The translations under genes were made by a program, and so were the position numbers. A stretch of 42,129 nucleotides of DNA, taken from positions 1-42,129 of the forward strand of contig CBDUXL010000002.1 of NCBI GenBank assembly GCA_965371155.1, given 5' to 3'. This stretch comes from an uncultured bacterium (GTDB lineage Bacteria; JAJVIF01; JAPKYR01). Shown one piece after another: positions 16,946 to 25,762 of this stretch; position 1 is the stretch's first letter, and every line of letters starts with the position of its first letter. Below the pieces are notes generated by a model, which made no database searches, had not been told where the DNA came from, and worked only from the letters and a program-made list of their open reading frames with translations.

Positions 16946-18085
16946 CTAACGCCCCCTGTGATGCCGGTCCGTGACGCCGTCGTAGTGATGCTCGATAACC
17001 TCGGGCTCAGCGGGTGAATCATCGCCGACCCAGGTGTGAGTGTTCCATCGAATGCTGGCGCGCTCGTACTCATCGTGCCAGCCATGTCGATACGGATTCA
17101 GCCAGTCCGGGCGGTAGACCCACTTGTCGTGGCCAGGTCCGTGGTCGGCCCACATGCCCATGGGGAGCCAATCGGGATGGGAACCGCAAAGGTGCTCCCA
17201 GCTCGGAAGAATCCTGTCGGTCATCTCCCACACGACTTCGCTCTCAACGTCGTAAAGAAGCTCGGACTGGGACTCAAACAGCGGCCATGCCGCATCGTCG
17301 CGGGACTCGGTCGTGCCATTCCAGACCAGATCGCCGGTTTCCCCGTTATACAGGTAATACGCCACCTGCATGGTAACGCGGCGGTCTGGATTGATGAGGC
17401 CGAGGAACGGCGGGAGAAAAGTCCGCCAATCCGCATCGATATCCCGGCTGACCGCGTACTCGTTGACATAACCTCTGATGACCGCATCGGCACCCAGTTC
17501 AGATGCAATCTCCTGGATCAACTCGCCCGGGATATAATAGGTTTTATCGATTCCATAATGGCGCTCGAGGCCCGACACAACTTCCAAATGGAAACTGGTG
17601 GTCCGCTCGGCAAGGTGATCCCGAAAGAAGAGGTTATTGGCAACCGCATCATAGTAGGGGCCGCCCAGCCCAAGCATTTCGGTGAGCAGCGCCTCGGCGT
17701 CAGGCGGAGGGATAATCAGGTAGCCGCGCAGCATGAGTTCCGCGGCGAGGTTATCGAGTATCCTCCTTGGTCCGCCTGAGCTCTCCAGGACGCTTTCCCC
17801 TTGATTGGTGGGAGAAGTCATATCGACGAAGGGGAGGATGGCAATGGTGCGAACGCCTGCCATGTAGTGAATGGCATCCGCATCGAGCGTATACCAGTCC
17901 GTATGGCGCCAGTATTCCCAGGGCTGATTGTACCAACAACACTCCCAGGGTCCGTATTCGGTCGCCGCCTCCTCACCCTGGATTGCCTCGTCCACATCGA
18001 CCCCGCCATCCGCTATGGCGGGAGTCAGTGGGCCAAGGACCAGGAGAACAAGGATTAGTCCGAGTATACTTGGGTAGAATCGCAT
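16946..18085 (-). CDS. Exported protein with an LpoB/CsgG/DUF799-like core and a Trp/His-rich C-terminal tail
   Basis: AGGAG lies 10 nt upstream of ATG 18085. The signal peptide is MRFYPSILGLILVLLVLGPLTPAIA. The core pattern is TIAILPFVDMT...LAAELMLRGYLII...LGADAVIRGYVNEY...ETGDLVWNG. The tail is HPDWLPMGMWADHGPGHDKWVYRPDWLNPYRHGWHDEY...HHYDGVTDRHHRGR. Confidence 0.6.
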   Translation of the reverse strand: MRFYPSILGLILVLLVLGPLTPAIADGGVDVDEAIQGEEAATEYGPWECCWYNQPWEYWRHTDWYTLDADAIHYMAGVRTIAILPFVDMTSPTNQGESVLESSGGPRRILDNLAAELMLRGYLIIPPPDAEALLTEMLGLGGPYYDAVANNLFFRDHLAERTTSFHLEVVSGLERHYGIDKTYYIPGELIQEIASELGADAVIRGYVNEYAVSRDIDADWRTFLPPFLGLINPDRRVTMQVAYYLYNGETGDLVWNGTTESRDDAAWPLFESQSELLYDVESEVVWEMTDRILPSWEHLCGSHPDWLPMGMWADHGPGHDKWVYRPDWLNPYRHGWHDEYERASIRWNTHTWVGDDSPAEPEVIEHHYDGVTDRHHRGR

Positions 18086-18132
18086 TTCAATCGATCTCCT
18101 TAACTGATGTCGAAAACCAAAGACTAGCAGGA

Positions 18133-18744
18133 CTAACCGCCGACTATCACAAGCTCAAGCTCGATGCTAAATGAGAAAGTGAACGTGTCGGAACGACCTT
18201 CTGCGTCCTCAAGCAGGTACCTGAGATTGTATGTGTAGCGCTCTCCTAAATAGTCAAGCACAGGCCTCCCGCCTTCGATATGGTAACCGATCCAGTCCTG
18301 GATTCCTGCCGGCACAGGGTAACACATCCCAAGTGCGAGTCTGGTCGTTCCCTGTGGAGGTTTGCCACTATCACAGACGTAAGTGCCCTGGACACGTTCT
18401 TTCCTGAACTGAGGACCGCCTAACCAGCTATTCGTCACTGATCCAGCGGGGATACCGCCTACGAAGACGGTCTTATTGCGACTCCATGATTCAGTCAATA
18501 TGATGCATGTGAAGTACTGGTTGGTGTGATAAGTCCGAACATCCGCGATTACATCCACACCACTAGGGGGCAGGTTGAGCGTCGGTATCAACGTTGTCAG
18601 ATCGATCGTCAGGACGACCTTCTTGTCCTCCGTCGTCGCCCAGTTAGTGATGGTCGGCCACTTGTCCTGTGGCGTGATTTCGCATCCCACCAGCATCGGG
18701 ACAATTAAGACAATAAGCGCTAGCAATGCGACGTGATATCTCAT
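18133..18744 (-). CDS. Lipoprotein of unknown function immediately downstream of the secretin gene
   Basis: ATG at 18744 has GAGG 7 nt upstream. Signal peptide and lipobox are MRYHVALLALIVLIVPMLVGC. I recognised no family motif. Confidence 0.6.
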   Translation of the reverse strand: MRYHVALLALIVLIVPMLVGCEITPQDKWPTITNWATTEDKKVVLTIDLTTLIPTLNLPPSGVDVIADVRTYHTNQYFTCIILTESWSRNKTVFVGGIPAGSVTNSWLGGPQFRKERVQGTYVCDSGKPPQGTTRLALGMCYPVPAGIQDWIGYHIEGGRPVLDYLGERYTYNLRYLLEDAEGRSDTFTFSFSIELELVIVGG

Positions 18745-18794
18745 TTTGACACCTCGGGTCTGGTGCAATTCAATAACGGCCTTTGCCGCCGGAA

Positions 18795-21700
18795 TCAGTA
18801 TCGTTCCCTCCCTACAGGCAACGGCACATCGAAATCCTCATCAGTCAAGACCTCGGGCAGATGCATAACCGGCTTGATCAGGTGCGGAGTGAACACGAAG
18901 ATCAGCTCACTCTTGACTTTCTGTATTTCCCGGCTACGGAACAGGTGGCCAATCAACGGGAGGTCGCTAAGGAACGGGAAGCGGTCATAGTTGACACGCT
19001 CTTCATCCCGAATAAAGCCACCGATGATAAACGGCTCGCCATCCTGAACCCGGACGGTCGTATTGAAGGACTGGTCAACGGTGCGCGGACCGATGTCGGT
19101 CAACTCGAGAAGGTTCCTGTTTTCAGGGGTAAGGACAATAGTAACCGAATCGTCCGGATTCGCATGGGCAGTGAATCTAAGCGTAAGGCCAAGCTGCTGC
19201 TGGTCAATACGCTGTGTAACCCTGCCGAGATCGCTGACCTGATAGGTCGACCTGTATGGAATCGTCTCCCCCACGCGCAAGCTACCGGTCTGGTTGTTGG
19301 CGACGGTCAGCGTCGAACGGTTCATCAATTCTGCATAGCCTTCTTCGAGCAGGTAGTTGATCGTGTAGTTGATATTCCACTGGTTTGGGCTACCCATAGA
19401 AACGGGCCGGTAGAAGCCCTGCGGCAACGGTCCCGCATTTGGATTGAGGCCAACCTTCTCGAAGAATGTCAACGCCGTCATACCCGTGTTGCCACCGGTT
19501 GATATGTCGAAATCGAATCCGAAGTTCTGGTTGTCGGTTAGCGAGGTGCTGATAATCTGGAAATCGACCTGGATCATCACCGGCGCCTGATCGATAGCCG
19601 CAATCACCCTGTAGGCGCGCTCAAGGTCGCGCTCATCGCCACTCAGAATGACACGTTCTTCTGCGACCTTGACACCACCATAAATGCCGCCTCCACCGCC
19701 AGCGGAGTAGATCTGTATCTGATCGCCGGAAAGGATACCCATTCCGGTGAGGATGCGCCTGACCTGATCGGCAACTGCATAACTCAACCTGATATACCAG
19801 GTCGGCCAGACATCCCTGAATCGAGCCTGCAGATCCTGCGAGTCACCGAAGATGTATACACCATGTCGGACGACATAGGTGAATCCCATATTAGCGCCGA
19901 GCAGGTCGAGCAAGTCGAAGAGCTCTATGTCGGTAAGGCTGATAGTGAGGCTGCCCTGGACTTCAGGGTTGATCATAATATCCAGGCCGGCTCTCTCACC
20001 AATCAACTGTAGAACATCACGAATATTCGCATTATCCAGCCTCATGCTGAGTCTCCGGCTGGGTGCCTCGAGTTCAGATATTATCTCCTGTGTTTCAGCT
20101 TCATCCGGACCAACCACTGGAACGGGTTGAGGCACAACCGGCATAATCTCATACTCAGGAAGCACGAAATCCTCGGCTGCGGGACCGGCGACCTCGGGCG
20201 CGGCCCAGCTTTCAAACGGGCTCTCGCCACCCGCCCCGTACACCGCGATTATCCACTCATCGCCGCGAGCCTGCACATCGAACTCGATGAACTCGGTGGA
20301 CTCTATCGTGTGTGTGTAGATGCTCAGGATGGTGAATGAGGTGTCGAGGCTTGCAGTAGATGTAACCGTCAAGTGATCCATCCATGCACCATCGACAACC
20401 TGTTCGTATCTCTGCGGGTGAGTGCCCGGAAGCGACGGGCGGCTGTTGCGAAGCTTAACCTGAATCTTCGGCGGGAAGTTAACGGGCATCACTTCCCAGT
20501 CTTCCACCAGACCGGTGGCATTCAGCCGCAACACATCCGCGTCGCCCATTCGCTCGAACGAGATTCCGGTGATCAGGACGCCATCGAATGGCTCTTCCCA
20601 TTGGTCGGGTTCATCGACACGAATCTCAACCGTGGCGATTGCCTCAAATTCGGGAACCTCAGGCTCCTCTTCGGTCTGCGCAATGACCGGCTCGCTGATT
20701 ATCTCCGGACCGCTGATTTCCTCGTACACGGCCTCAGTCTCCGGTTCCTCAACCGGCACCGGCTCAAGCGCCTCGGTCTCGTCACTCTCGATCGCGAACT
20801 CGAAGCTCTCATCTTCCTCTGCCGACGGTGCGTCAGCGATGAGTACAGGCTCCTCAATCTCCGATTCCTCCACTACAGCGGTACCCTGTTCTTCGACTAT
20901 CTCTTCCTCGATTTCAGGCTTAGCCTCGACCTCAGGTTCTTCTGCCTCGACTATCTTTTCCTCGATGACCTCAGGCTCCGCGATAGCCTCAACCTTAACC
21001 TCGGCTTCGGCGGTTTCCTCTGTTTCCTCGATTTCAGGCTCAGTTTCGACCGTAGGCTCCTCAACTTCAGCCTCGGGCTTTTCTTCAGTCACAGGCTCTG
21101 CGAGAACCTCGACCTCGACCTCCGTAACCGGAGCCGGCTCCATAGCAACGGTGGTCTCCGGAACAGGCTCCACAGTGACCGTCGGTTCGACGGCAGGCTC
21201 GGTGGGAAGGGGTTCCTCAATTACTTCAGGAAGCGGGATGTATCGGAAAGCCACAAGAAGCTCATTTTCACCATCAGGGACTAATTCCTTCTCGAATTCC
21301 TCAAATGCTCCCTCGAGCGTAAATGTGACCGTGGTGTACTGAGCGTCCTCGGTGTCCTTGACGATCGCGCGCACCAGGGGAATCCTGGAGACGTGAGTAT
21401 GAGCGGTGTAGACACCCGCTTCCTCATCCAGAAGCTCAATCTCGGAGAGCGGAAAACGCAGACCGAGGCGATCCGGATACTTGAAATGAATCACTCCAGG
21501 CTCAGGCATCGGCTCAGAGGCAACTATCCTGAAGCTGATTTCGTCTCCGTCGGCCTTTTCAAGCAAGACCCGAATCGTCGGGAGAGACCCCGGAGAGTCA
21601 AACGGCGGAGCGCCCGGCGCCATGGGGGTGCCGGCATCCTCCGCAATTTCGGGTTCTGTTTCTTCGACAGGCTCAGGGATAGTCTCCTCGACGGCCTCTT

Positions 21701-23717
21701 CAGCAGGCTCTAAGACAGGCTCCGGCTCTTCGGCAAGCTCGGGACCAGGCTCTTCGACAAGCTCAAGACTGGGCTTGATCGGTTCAGCCGGCAGGGGAAC
21801 ATGCTGGAAAGCCAGTGTCATCTCGGTGCCGTTCCAGTCGAGCTCGGTATCGAATTCCTCAAGGCTGCCATCGAGAGTGAACAGGAGTGTGGTGTGCTGC
21901 TCGTCCTCGCGATCCTTGATAATCGCCCTGACACTCGGTACGGCGCGGATCTGGGTGTTGGTTGTGTACACACCCTGACCGGCGTCGAGCAGCTCGACAT
22001 CAGCCAGAGGGAACCGTAAGCCGACTCTGTCGGGATAGTGGTACTCGACCACCTCAGGCATGGGTAACTGCTCTGACGTGGTAATATGGAAAACGACATT
22101 ACCGCCGATTATTTCACCGCCAACCAGGCAAACAGTCGCTCCCTCAGCAACCTCAGGAGCTGGCTCTTCAGCAGGCTTCGGCTCCTCAACAGGCCCGGGA
22201 ACAGGCTCTTCGATTGCTTCCGGAGCCGGTTCCTCAATTGGCTCGACCTCGATATCCTCTGCAGGGACTTCGATGTCCTCTACTTCCACTTCCACCTCTA
22301 TAATTTCCGGCGCTTCGACAAGCTCAGGATGGGACCCATCCTCAAGCTCGGGAATGCTGAGATTGACCTCGATCGGGCTTTCGATATCGATCGGAACTGA
22401 TGTGGCAAAGAAATCGACGTGGAGTTCACCCTCATCGACGTAGTCCAGAGTAAAATCAATATTCTCCCGCGCAGTCTCCGGGAAGTAGAATACAAACTGA
22501 CACTCGGGACCGACATCCTCGATTACTCGGTTGAAGACTTTGAGCTCGGAAGCTACCAGTCCAGCCACAGGCGTCTGGAACCGGTCGCCTGCATCTTCCG
22601 GAAGGACAACTGCAGCGTCGGGGAAGCTGAAAGCGATCCTTGTAGGATAGTTGAGCCGCTGAGGGGTTCGAGCCTCAAGGACTCCGCCTTCGTAATAAAT
22701 ATAGAACCGATCTATGCCGCCATCAATTGTTTGAAATTGGACCCTATGGATTCGGATCGGTGCGTCCGCCGGTGTGGGGATATCGTCGGATGAGGCCAGC
22801 ACCATGATCTGGCTGCCCTCAGTGGGAACGGGAGGCGTCGTATCCGACAGTTCCTCGGCCGGTTGAGGCTCAAGGGATCTCTCATGGAAAAGGATCAGCT
22901 CGAGCGTATCCTCCGAATCGGTCCGGAGCGTATAGCCGAGAATAGAAGTGTCATCAATCGTCAGCCGGACCTCGGTATCCACGCTGCCACTTAGAGCAAG
23001 GCGCTCCGCGCGCATCCTCTCGACAATGTGGCCATCAACACCGGTGGCAAAGTTTGTCGGATCCGATGCGGGGAGGAGTATGTCGGTGCCCGGGAACCTG
23101 AGAAGAATCACTGTGGGACTCTCGATACGAATCTGAGGCAACACGACACCATATGAGAAAACGATAAGGAATCGGTCACGACCGCCCTCAGCTCTCTCGT
23201 GCCAAAGGTCCTCGATGGTCGGGATAGCGTGGTCCGGCGGAAGACCCGGACCAAAATCCACAAGAGGGTTTTCCCCGCGGAACACCGCCAGCTTGAGACC
23301 ATCAGCGGTGTTGGCGCGGGCACAGCCGAGCGTCGGATCATTGACTTCGGCTACTATCCTGACCACGGGAGGCTCAGTGGAGAACTGGGTGATTTCGAGC
23401 GAGGTCACGCCGGTAATCGGCGCTTTCCACACTGTGACGGCTTCCTCATCCAGAACGAGGAGAGAATCCTCGATATCGAAGACCAGCCTGTAAGGGGAGG
23501 TCAGGGTGAACGACCGGATACCCACGGTTCTCGACATGGCGAGGTCGACAATAACAGCACCATCTGTCACTTCGACACTTGCGGACCTCACCTCCGCAGG
23601 CCCGGACGGCTCTTCGGCCCTGAGGGATCCCAGGGACGATATGAGCAACAGGACCAGGAGGAGTAATACGCCTCGTGGTGTTTTGTGTTTGCTCTCGAAC
23701 TGGTGCGCGATTCTCAT
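18795..23717 (-). CDS. pilQ: Giant PilQ-type secretin: six AMIN-like modules, three acidic linkers, N0/N1 domains and a C-terminal secretin domain
   Basis: The C-terminus has the secretin pattern (VMIQVDFQIISTSLTDNQNFGFDF ... GEPFIIGGFIRDEER...FPFLSDLPLIGHLFRS...SELIFVFTPHLI). The N0-like domain is LSMRLDNANIRDVLQLIGERAGLDIMINPEVQGSLTISL. AMIN-like cores are SFTLTSPYRLVFDIEDS, ESPTVILLRFPGTDILLP, LNYPTRIAFSFPDAAVVLP, YHYPDRVGLRFPLADVELL, FKYPDRLGLRFPLSEIELL and VNFPPKIQVKLRNSRPSLP. ATG at 23717 gives the signal peptide MRIAHQFESKHKTPRGVLLLLVLLLISSLGSLRA. Confidence 0.9.
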   Translation of the reverse strand: MRIAHQFESKHKTPRGVLLLLVLLLISSLGSLRAEEPSGPAEVRSASVEVTDGAVIVDLAMSRTVGIRSFTLTSPYRLVFDIEDSLLVLDEEAVTVWKAPITGVTSLEITQFSTEPPVVRIVAEVNDPTLGCARANTADGLKLAVFRGENPLVDFGPGLPPDHAIPTIEDLWHERAEGGRDRFLIVFSYGVVLPQIRIESPTVILLRFPGTDILLPASDPTNFATGVDGHIVERMRAERLALSGSVDTEVRLTIDDTSILGYTLRTDSEDTLELILFHERSLEPQPAEELSDTTPPVPTEGSQIMVLASSDDIPTPADAPIRIHRVQFQTIDGGIDRFYIYYEGGVLEARTPQRLNYPTRIAFSFPDAAVVLPEDAGDRFQTPVAGLVASELKVFNRVIEDVGPECQFVFYFPETARENIDFTLDYVDEGELHVDFFATSVPIDIESPIEVNLSIPELEDGSHPELVEAPEIIEVEVEVEDIEVPAEDIEVEPIEEPAPEAIEEPVPGPVEEPKPAEEPAPEVAEGATVCLVGGEIIGGNVVFHITTSEQLPMPEVVEYHYPDRVGLRFPLADVELLDAGQGVYTTNTQIRAVPSVRAIIKDREDEQHTTLLFTLDGSLEEFDTELDWNGTEMTLAFQHVPLPAEPIKPSLELVEEPGPELAEEPEPVLEPAEEAVEETIPEPVEETEPEIAEDAGTPMAPGAPPFDSPGSLPTIRVLLEKADGDEISFRIVASEPMPEPGVIHFKYPDRLGLRFPLSEIELLDEEAGVYTAHTHVSRIPLVRAIVKDTEDAQYTTVTFTLEGAFEEFEKELVPDGENELLVAFRYIPLPEVIEEPLPTEPAVEPTVTVEPVPETTVAMEPAPVTEVEVEVLAEPVTEEKPEAEVEEPTVETEPEIEETEETAEAEVKVEAIAEPEVIEEKIVEAEEPEVEAKPEIEEEIVEEQGTAVVEESEIEEPVLIADAPSAEEDESFEFAIESDETEALEPVPVEEPETEAVYEEISGPEIISEPVIAQTEEEPEVPEFEAIATVEIRVDEPDQWEEPFDGVLITGISFERMGDADVLRLNATGLVEDWEVMPVNFPPKIQVKLRNSRPSLPGTHPQRYEQVVDGAWMDHLTVTSTASLDTSFTILSIYTHTIESTEFIEFDVQARGDEWIIAVYGAGGESPFESWAAPEVAGPAAEDFVLPEYEIMPVVPQPVPVVGPDEAETQEIISELEAPSRRLSMRLDNANIRDVLQLIGERAGLDIMINPEVQGSLTISLTDIELFDLLDLLGANMGFTYVVRHGVYIFGDSQDLQARFRDVWPTWYIRLSYAVADQVRRILTGMGILSGDQIQIYSAGGGGGIYGGVKVAEERVILSGDERDLERAYRVIAAIDQAPVMIQVDFQIISTSLTDNQNFGFDFDISTGGNTGMTALTFFEKVGLNPNAGPLPQGFYRPVSMGSPNQWNINYTINYLLEEGYAELMNRSTLTVANNQTGSLRVGETIPYRSTYQVSDLGRVTQRIDQQQLGLTLRFTAHANPDDSVTIVLTPENRNLLELTDIGPRTVDQSFNTTVRVQDGEPFIIGGFIRDEERVNYDRFPFLSDLPLIGHLFRSREIQKVKSELIFVFTPHLIKPVMHLPEVLTDEDFDVPLPVGRERY
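20592..21227 (-). repeat. Low-complexity polyacidic (E/P/V/T/A-rich) linker of about 210 aa inside pilQ
   Basis: Residues ~857-1068 of the 1666-aa ORF-track translation, for example EVIEEPLPTEPAVEPTV...EVEEPTVETEPEIEETEETAEAEVKVEAIAEPEVIEEKIVEAEEPEVEAKPEIEEEIVEE. The DNA shows periodic ctc/ttc/ctcgac/ggctc motifs. Confidence 0.85.
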
Positions 23718-23845
23718 TAGAGGGCCTTGGCTCCTTGATGGCTTCCTGCCGGGCAACACACGAACAGTCAAGGATGATAAATATCCATGCCGCAAAGCTG
23801 GTCTATTTCAATGGTTGTCACTCTTTACTAATGTCACGCAATTAC

Positions 23846-24817
23846 CTAATAAAATGAGATTGAAATCCCGGAAATCCCGGGGTCGCTCTCGGTGAACAAA
23901 ATCGGCGCCCGGTCGCCGGACCGCGTTTCATTCGCTATCACAACCGCGCTCATGGTTATCTCTTCAACAACGAAAGATGTTCTCTCAGTCGCTTCGACCA
24001 CATCACCGACCTGAAACAAGCGCTGTTGACCGCCTCCGGCGATAATGGCCCTGTAGTTACCCGGTTCGCCGATAATGCCCACGATGGTCAGCATCCGAGC
24101 AACTTGACCTGCGGTAGGCTCATCAGGTGAGACTGGACCTTCACCGAGATCCAGGGGTGGAAACGGCGGAATCGAATGAATCGGCCCCGGTATCGTTCCA
24201 CCATCTCTTCCAAGGGCATCGAACGGGCTGTAGCGTCGCATGCCGGAATCCCAGGCCGGCACTTCATCCCCTACAGGATCCGGCGTTGGCGGGCTGGTCA
24301 TGACCTGGAAACGCCTTAAAATGGGCATCATCAGATCGGCTATCCTGGCTTCCCCACGCACCTCAGGCACCAGCATCAGGGCCTCCCGCAGCTCTTCATC
24401 CTCCATGTCCCTGAAGTCTTGGCCGCCCAGCCCTTCATACGAGATGTAATAGGTTGGCAACTCTACTCCGCCTGCAATCGAGACCTGAGCGGCTTCCGCC
24501 GACTCACCGGGAGGGAGTTCCTCCGGGATTTCAATCCCCGGTATCCCTTCAGCTTCTTGTTCCCGTACGGCCTCCTCGGCCATCTGCTCGGCGGCGGTGT
24601 CAAGACTTGACGCGCCTCCGTGTTCGGTAATGGTTTCAGCAACGCTTTCACCGATCCGAACAGGATTAACCTGAGCCCTGGCGGATTCGAGGACGCCGAA
24701 TCCGGGCTGGAACAGTACGAAGTAGCCGGCAATAGCCAGCACGAAGACGGCGGCATACCCAAAATAGCGAGCATGCGAACTGCGATCATCCGGTTGTGGA
24801 GCTTTTTGTTCGTTCAT
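23846..24817 (-). CDS. pilP: PilP-like protein (enlarged, 323 aa)
   Basis: N-terminal TM segment YFGYAAVFVLAIAGYFVLF, an acidic/Pro-rich middle, and a C-terminal PilP-type beta domain LTIVGIIGEPGNYRAIIAGGGQQRLFQVGDVVE...FVVEEITMSAVVI. It sits between pilO and pilQ. Confidence 0.7.
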   Translation of the reverse strand: MNEQKAPQPDDRSSHARYFGYAAVFVLAIAGYFVLFQPGFGVLESARAQVNPVRIGESVAETITEHGGASSLDTAAEQMAEEAVREQEAEGIPGIEIPEELPPGESAEAAQVSIAGGVELPTYYISYEGLGGQDFRDMEDEELREALMLVPEVRGEARIADLMMPILRRFQVMTSPPTPDPVGDEVPAWDSGMRRYSPFDALGRDGGTIPGPIHSIPPFPPLDLGEGPVSPDEPTAGQVARMLTIVGIIGEPGNYRAIIAGGGQQRLFQVGDVVEATERTSFVVEEITMSAVVIANETRSGDRAPILFTESDPGISGISISFY

Positions 24818-24895
24818 AACAGATCACCCACACTATACTATTCTCAAGTCAATTCAACTTGAGACCTGGTCACTCTCATCCTCCACGATTTGCTC

Positions 24896-25732
24896 CTAAA
24901 TCGCCTCGTCCGTTTCATCGACCCCATCCGCTCCGTCTTCAACGGAAACAACCCTTCCGTCCCGATGAGCCACCCAAAGCGGAGGGGGATCATTTGCATC
25001 GCCGAATGTCAAAAGTGTGAAATGGGCGGCATACTGGCGCATCGATCCGCTCCCGGCGCCCTGGGGCGCCATTTGGAAACTGACCAACGCAGTATGCGGC
25101 CGCATGTTGAAGATCTCGTATGTGAATCTCTTTATGTCCTTGTAGGTTCCGCGAACGGTCATGCGGAAGGAGTGCGTTTCTATTCCACCGGCGATTGCCG
25201 CATAATTCTCACCCTCAGTGCCAAGCTCCTGATAGAACCTGAAACTGACCAGCAGGTTCTGCATCTGGTCCATATTGTTCTCGAACATCTGCAGGGCGGA
25301 CATAATTTGGTCCAGCCGCCCCTGAAGCTCGGACGGGTCGGATGAGAAGGCCTCCTTGAAATTGGTCCCGGCTCCCGGCGCGGTAACGCCCAATATGGCG
25401 ACACCATCGGTATCGAGGTTATTGTCAGTCAACATAATGTGAATCGTGCTGAGATAGCTGGTCAGAACGAACTCGTCGGCTTCAGGGATAAGGTTGCGGA
25501 TGGTTTCCATGTCCTGCAGTTGGACCGTACGAATCTGCCTGAGCAGGTCCTTGTACCTCAACAGATCGATAAGCGCCTGGGCGATGGTGTTTTGGGTCGC
25601 CAATTCTGCCTGCCTGTTAGCGATGGTTCGAACGAAAAAGCGGTGGGCGGTCATGTTGTAGGCCACCTGCAACAGAAGGCAGACAACGATAACCACGGCG
25701 ATTTTAATTGCTATTTTCGCATATGGATTCAC
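24896..25732 (-). CDS. pilO: PilO-like protein
   Basis: N-terminal TM segment IAIKIAVVIVVCLLLQVAY, a coiled-coil region, and a C-terminal ferredoxin-like pattern HSFRMTVRGTYKDIKRFTYEIFNMRPHTALVSFQMAP. The gene order also supports the call. Confidence 0.7.
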   Translation of the reverse strand: MNPYAKIAIKIAVVIVVCLLLQVAYNMTAHRFFVRTIANRQAELATQNTIAQALIDLLRYKDLLRQIRTVQLQDMETIRNLIPEADEFVLTSYLSTIHIMLTDNNLDTDGVAILGVTAPGAGTNFKEAFSSDPSELQGRLDQIMSALQMFENNMDQMQNLLVSFRFYQELGTEGENYAAIAGGIETHSFRMTVRGTYKDIKRFTYEIFNMRPHTALVSFQMAPQGAGSGSMRQYAAHFTLLTFGDANDPPPLWVAHRDGRVVSVEDGADGVDETDEAI

Positions 25733-25762
25733 AGGTGGCTTAACACCTCCATGGCCGTCGGT

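Noticed and set aside
16855-17085. 77-codon N-terminal extension of the pilT ORF
   Set aside because: It overlaps the 3' end of the upstream gene (stop at 16946) and runs through a GC hairpin. ATG at 16854 gives a normal-length PilT.
20373-21342. Two overlapping plus-strand ORFs (303 and 275 aa), rich in Ser/Gly/Leu/Arg/Phe
   Set aside because: They are the antisense reading of the GAA/GAG/CCN-rich acidic linker of pilQ, and their low-complexity composition is a mirror artefact.
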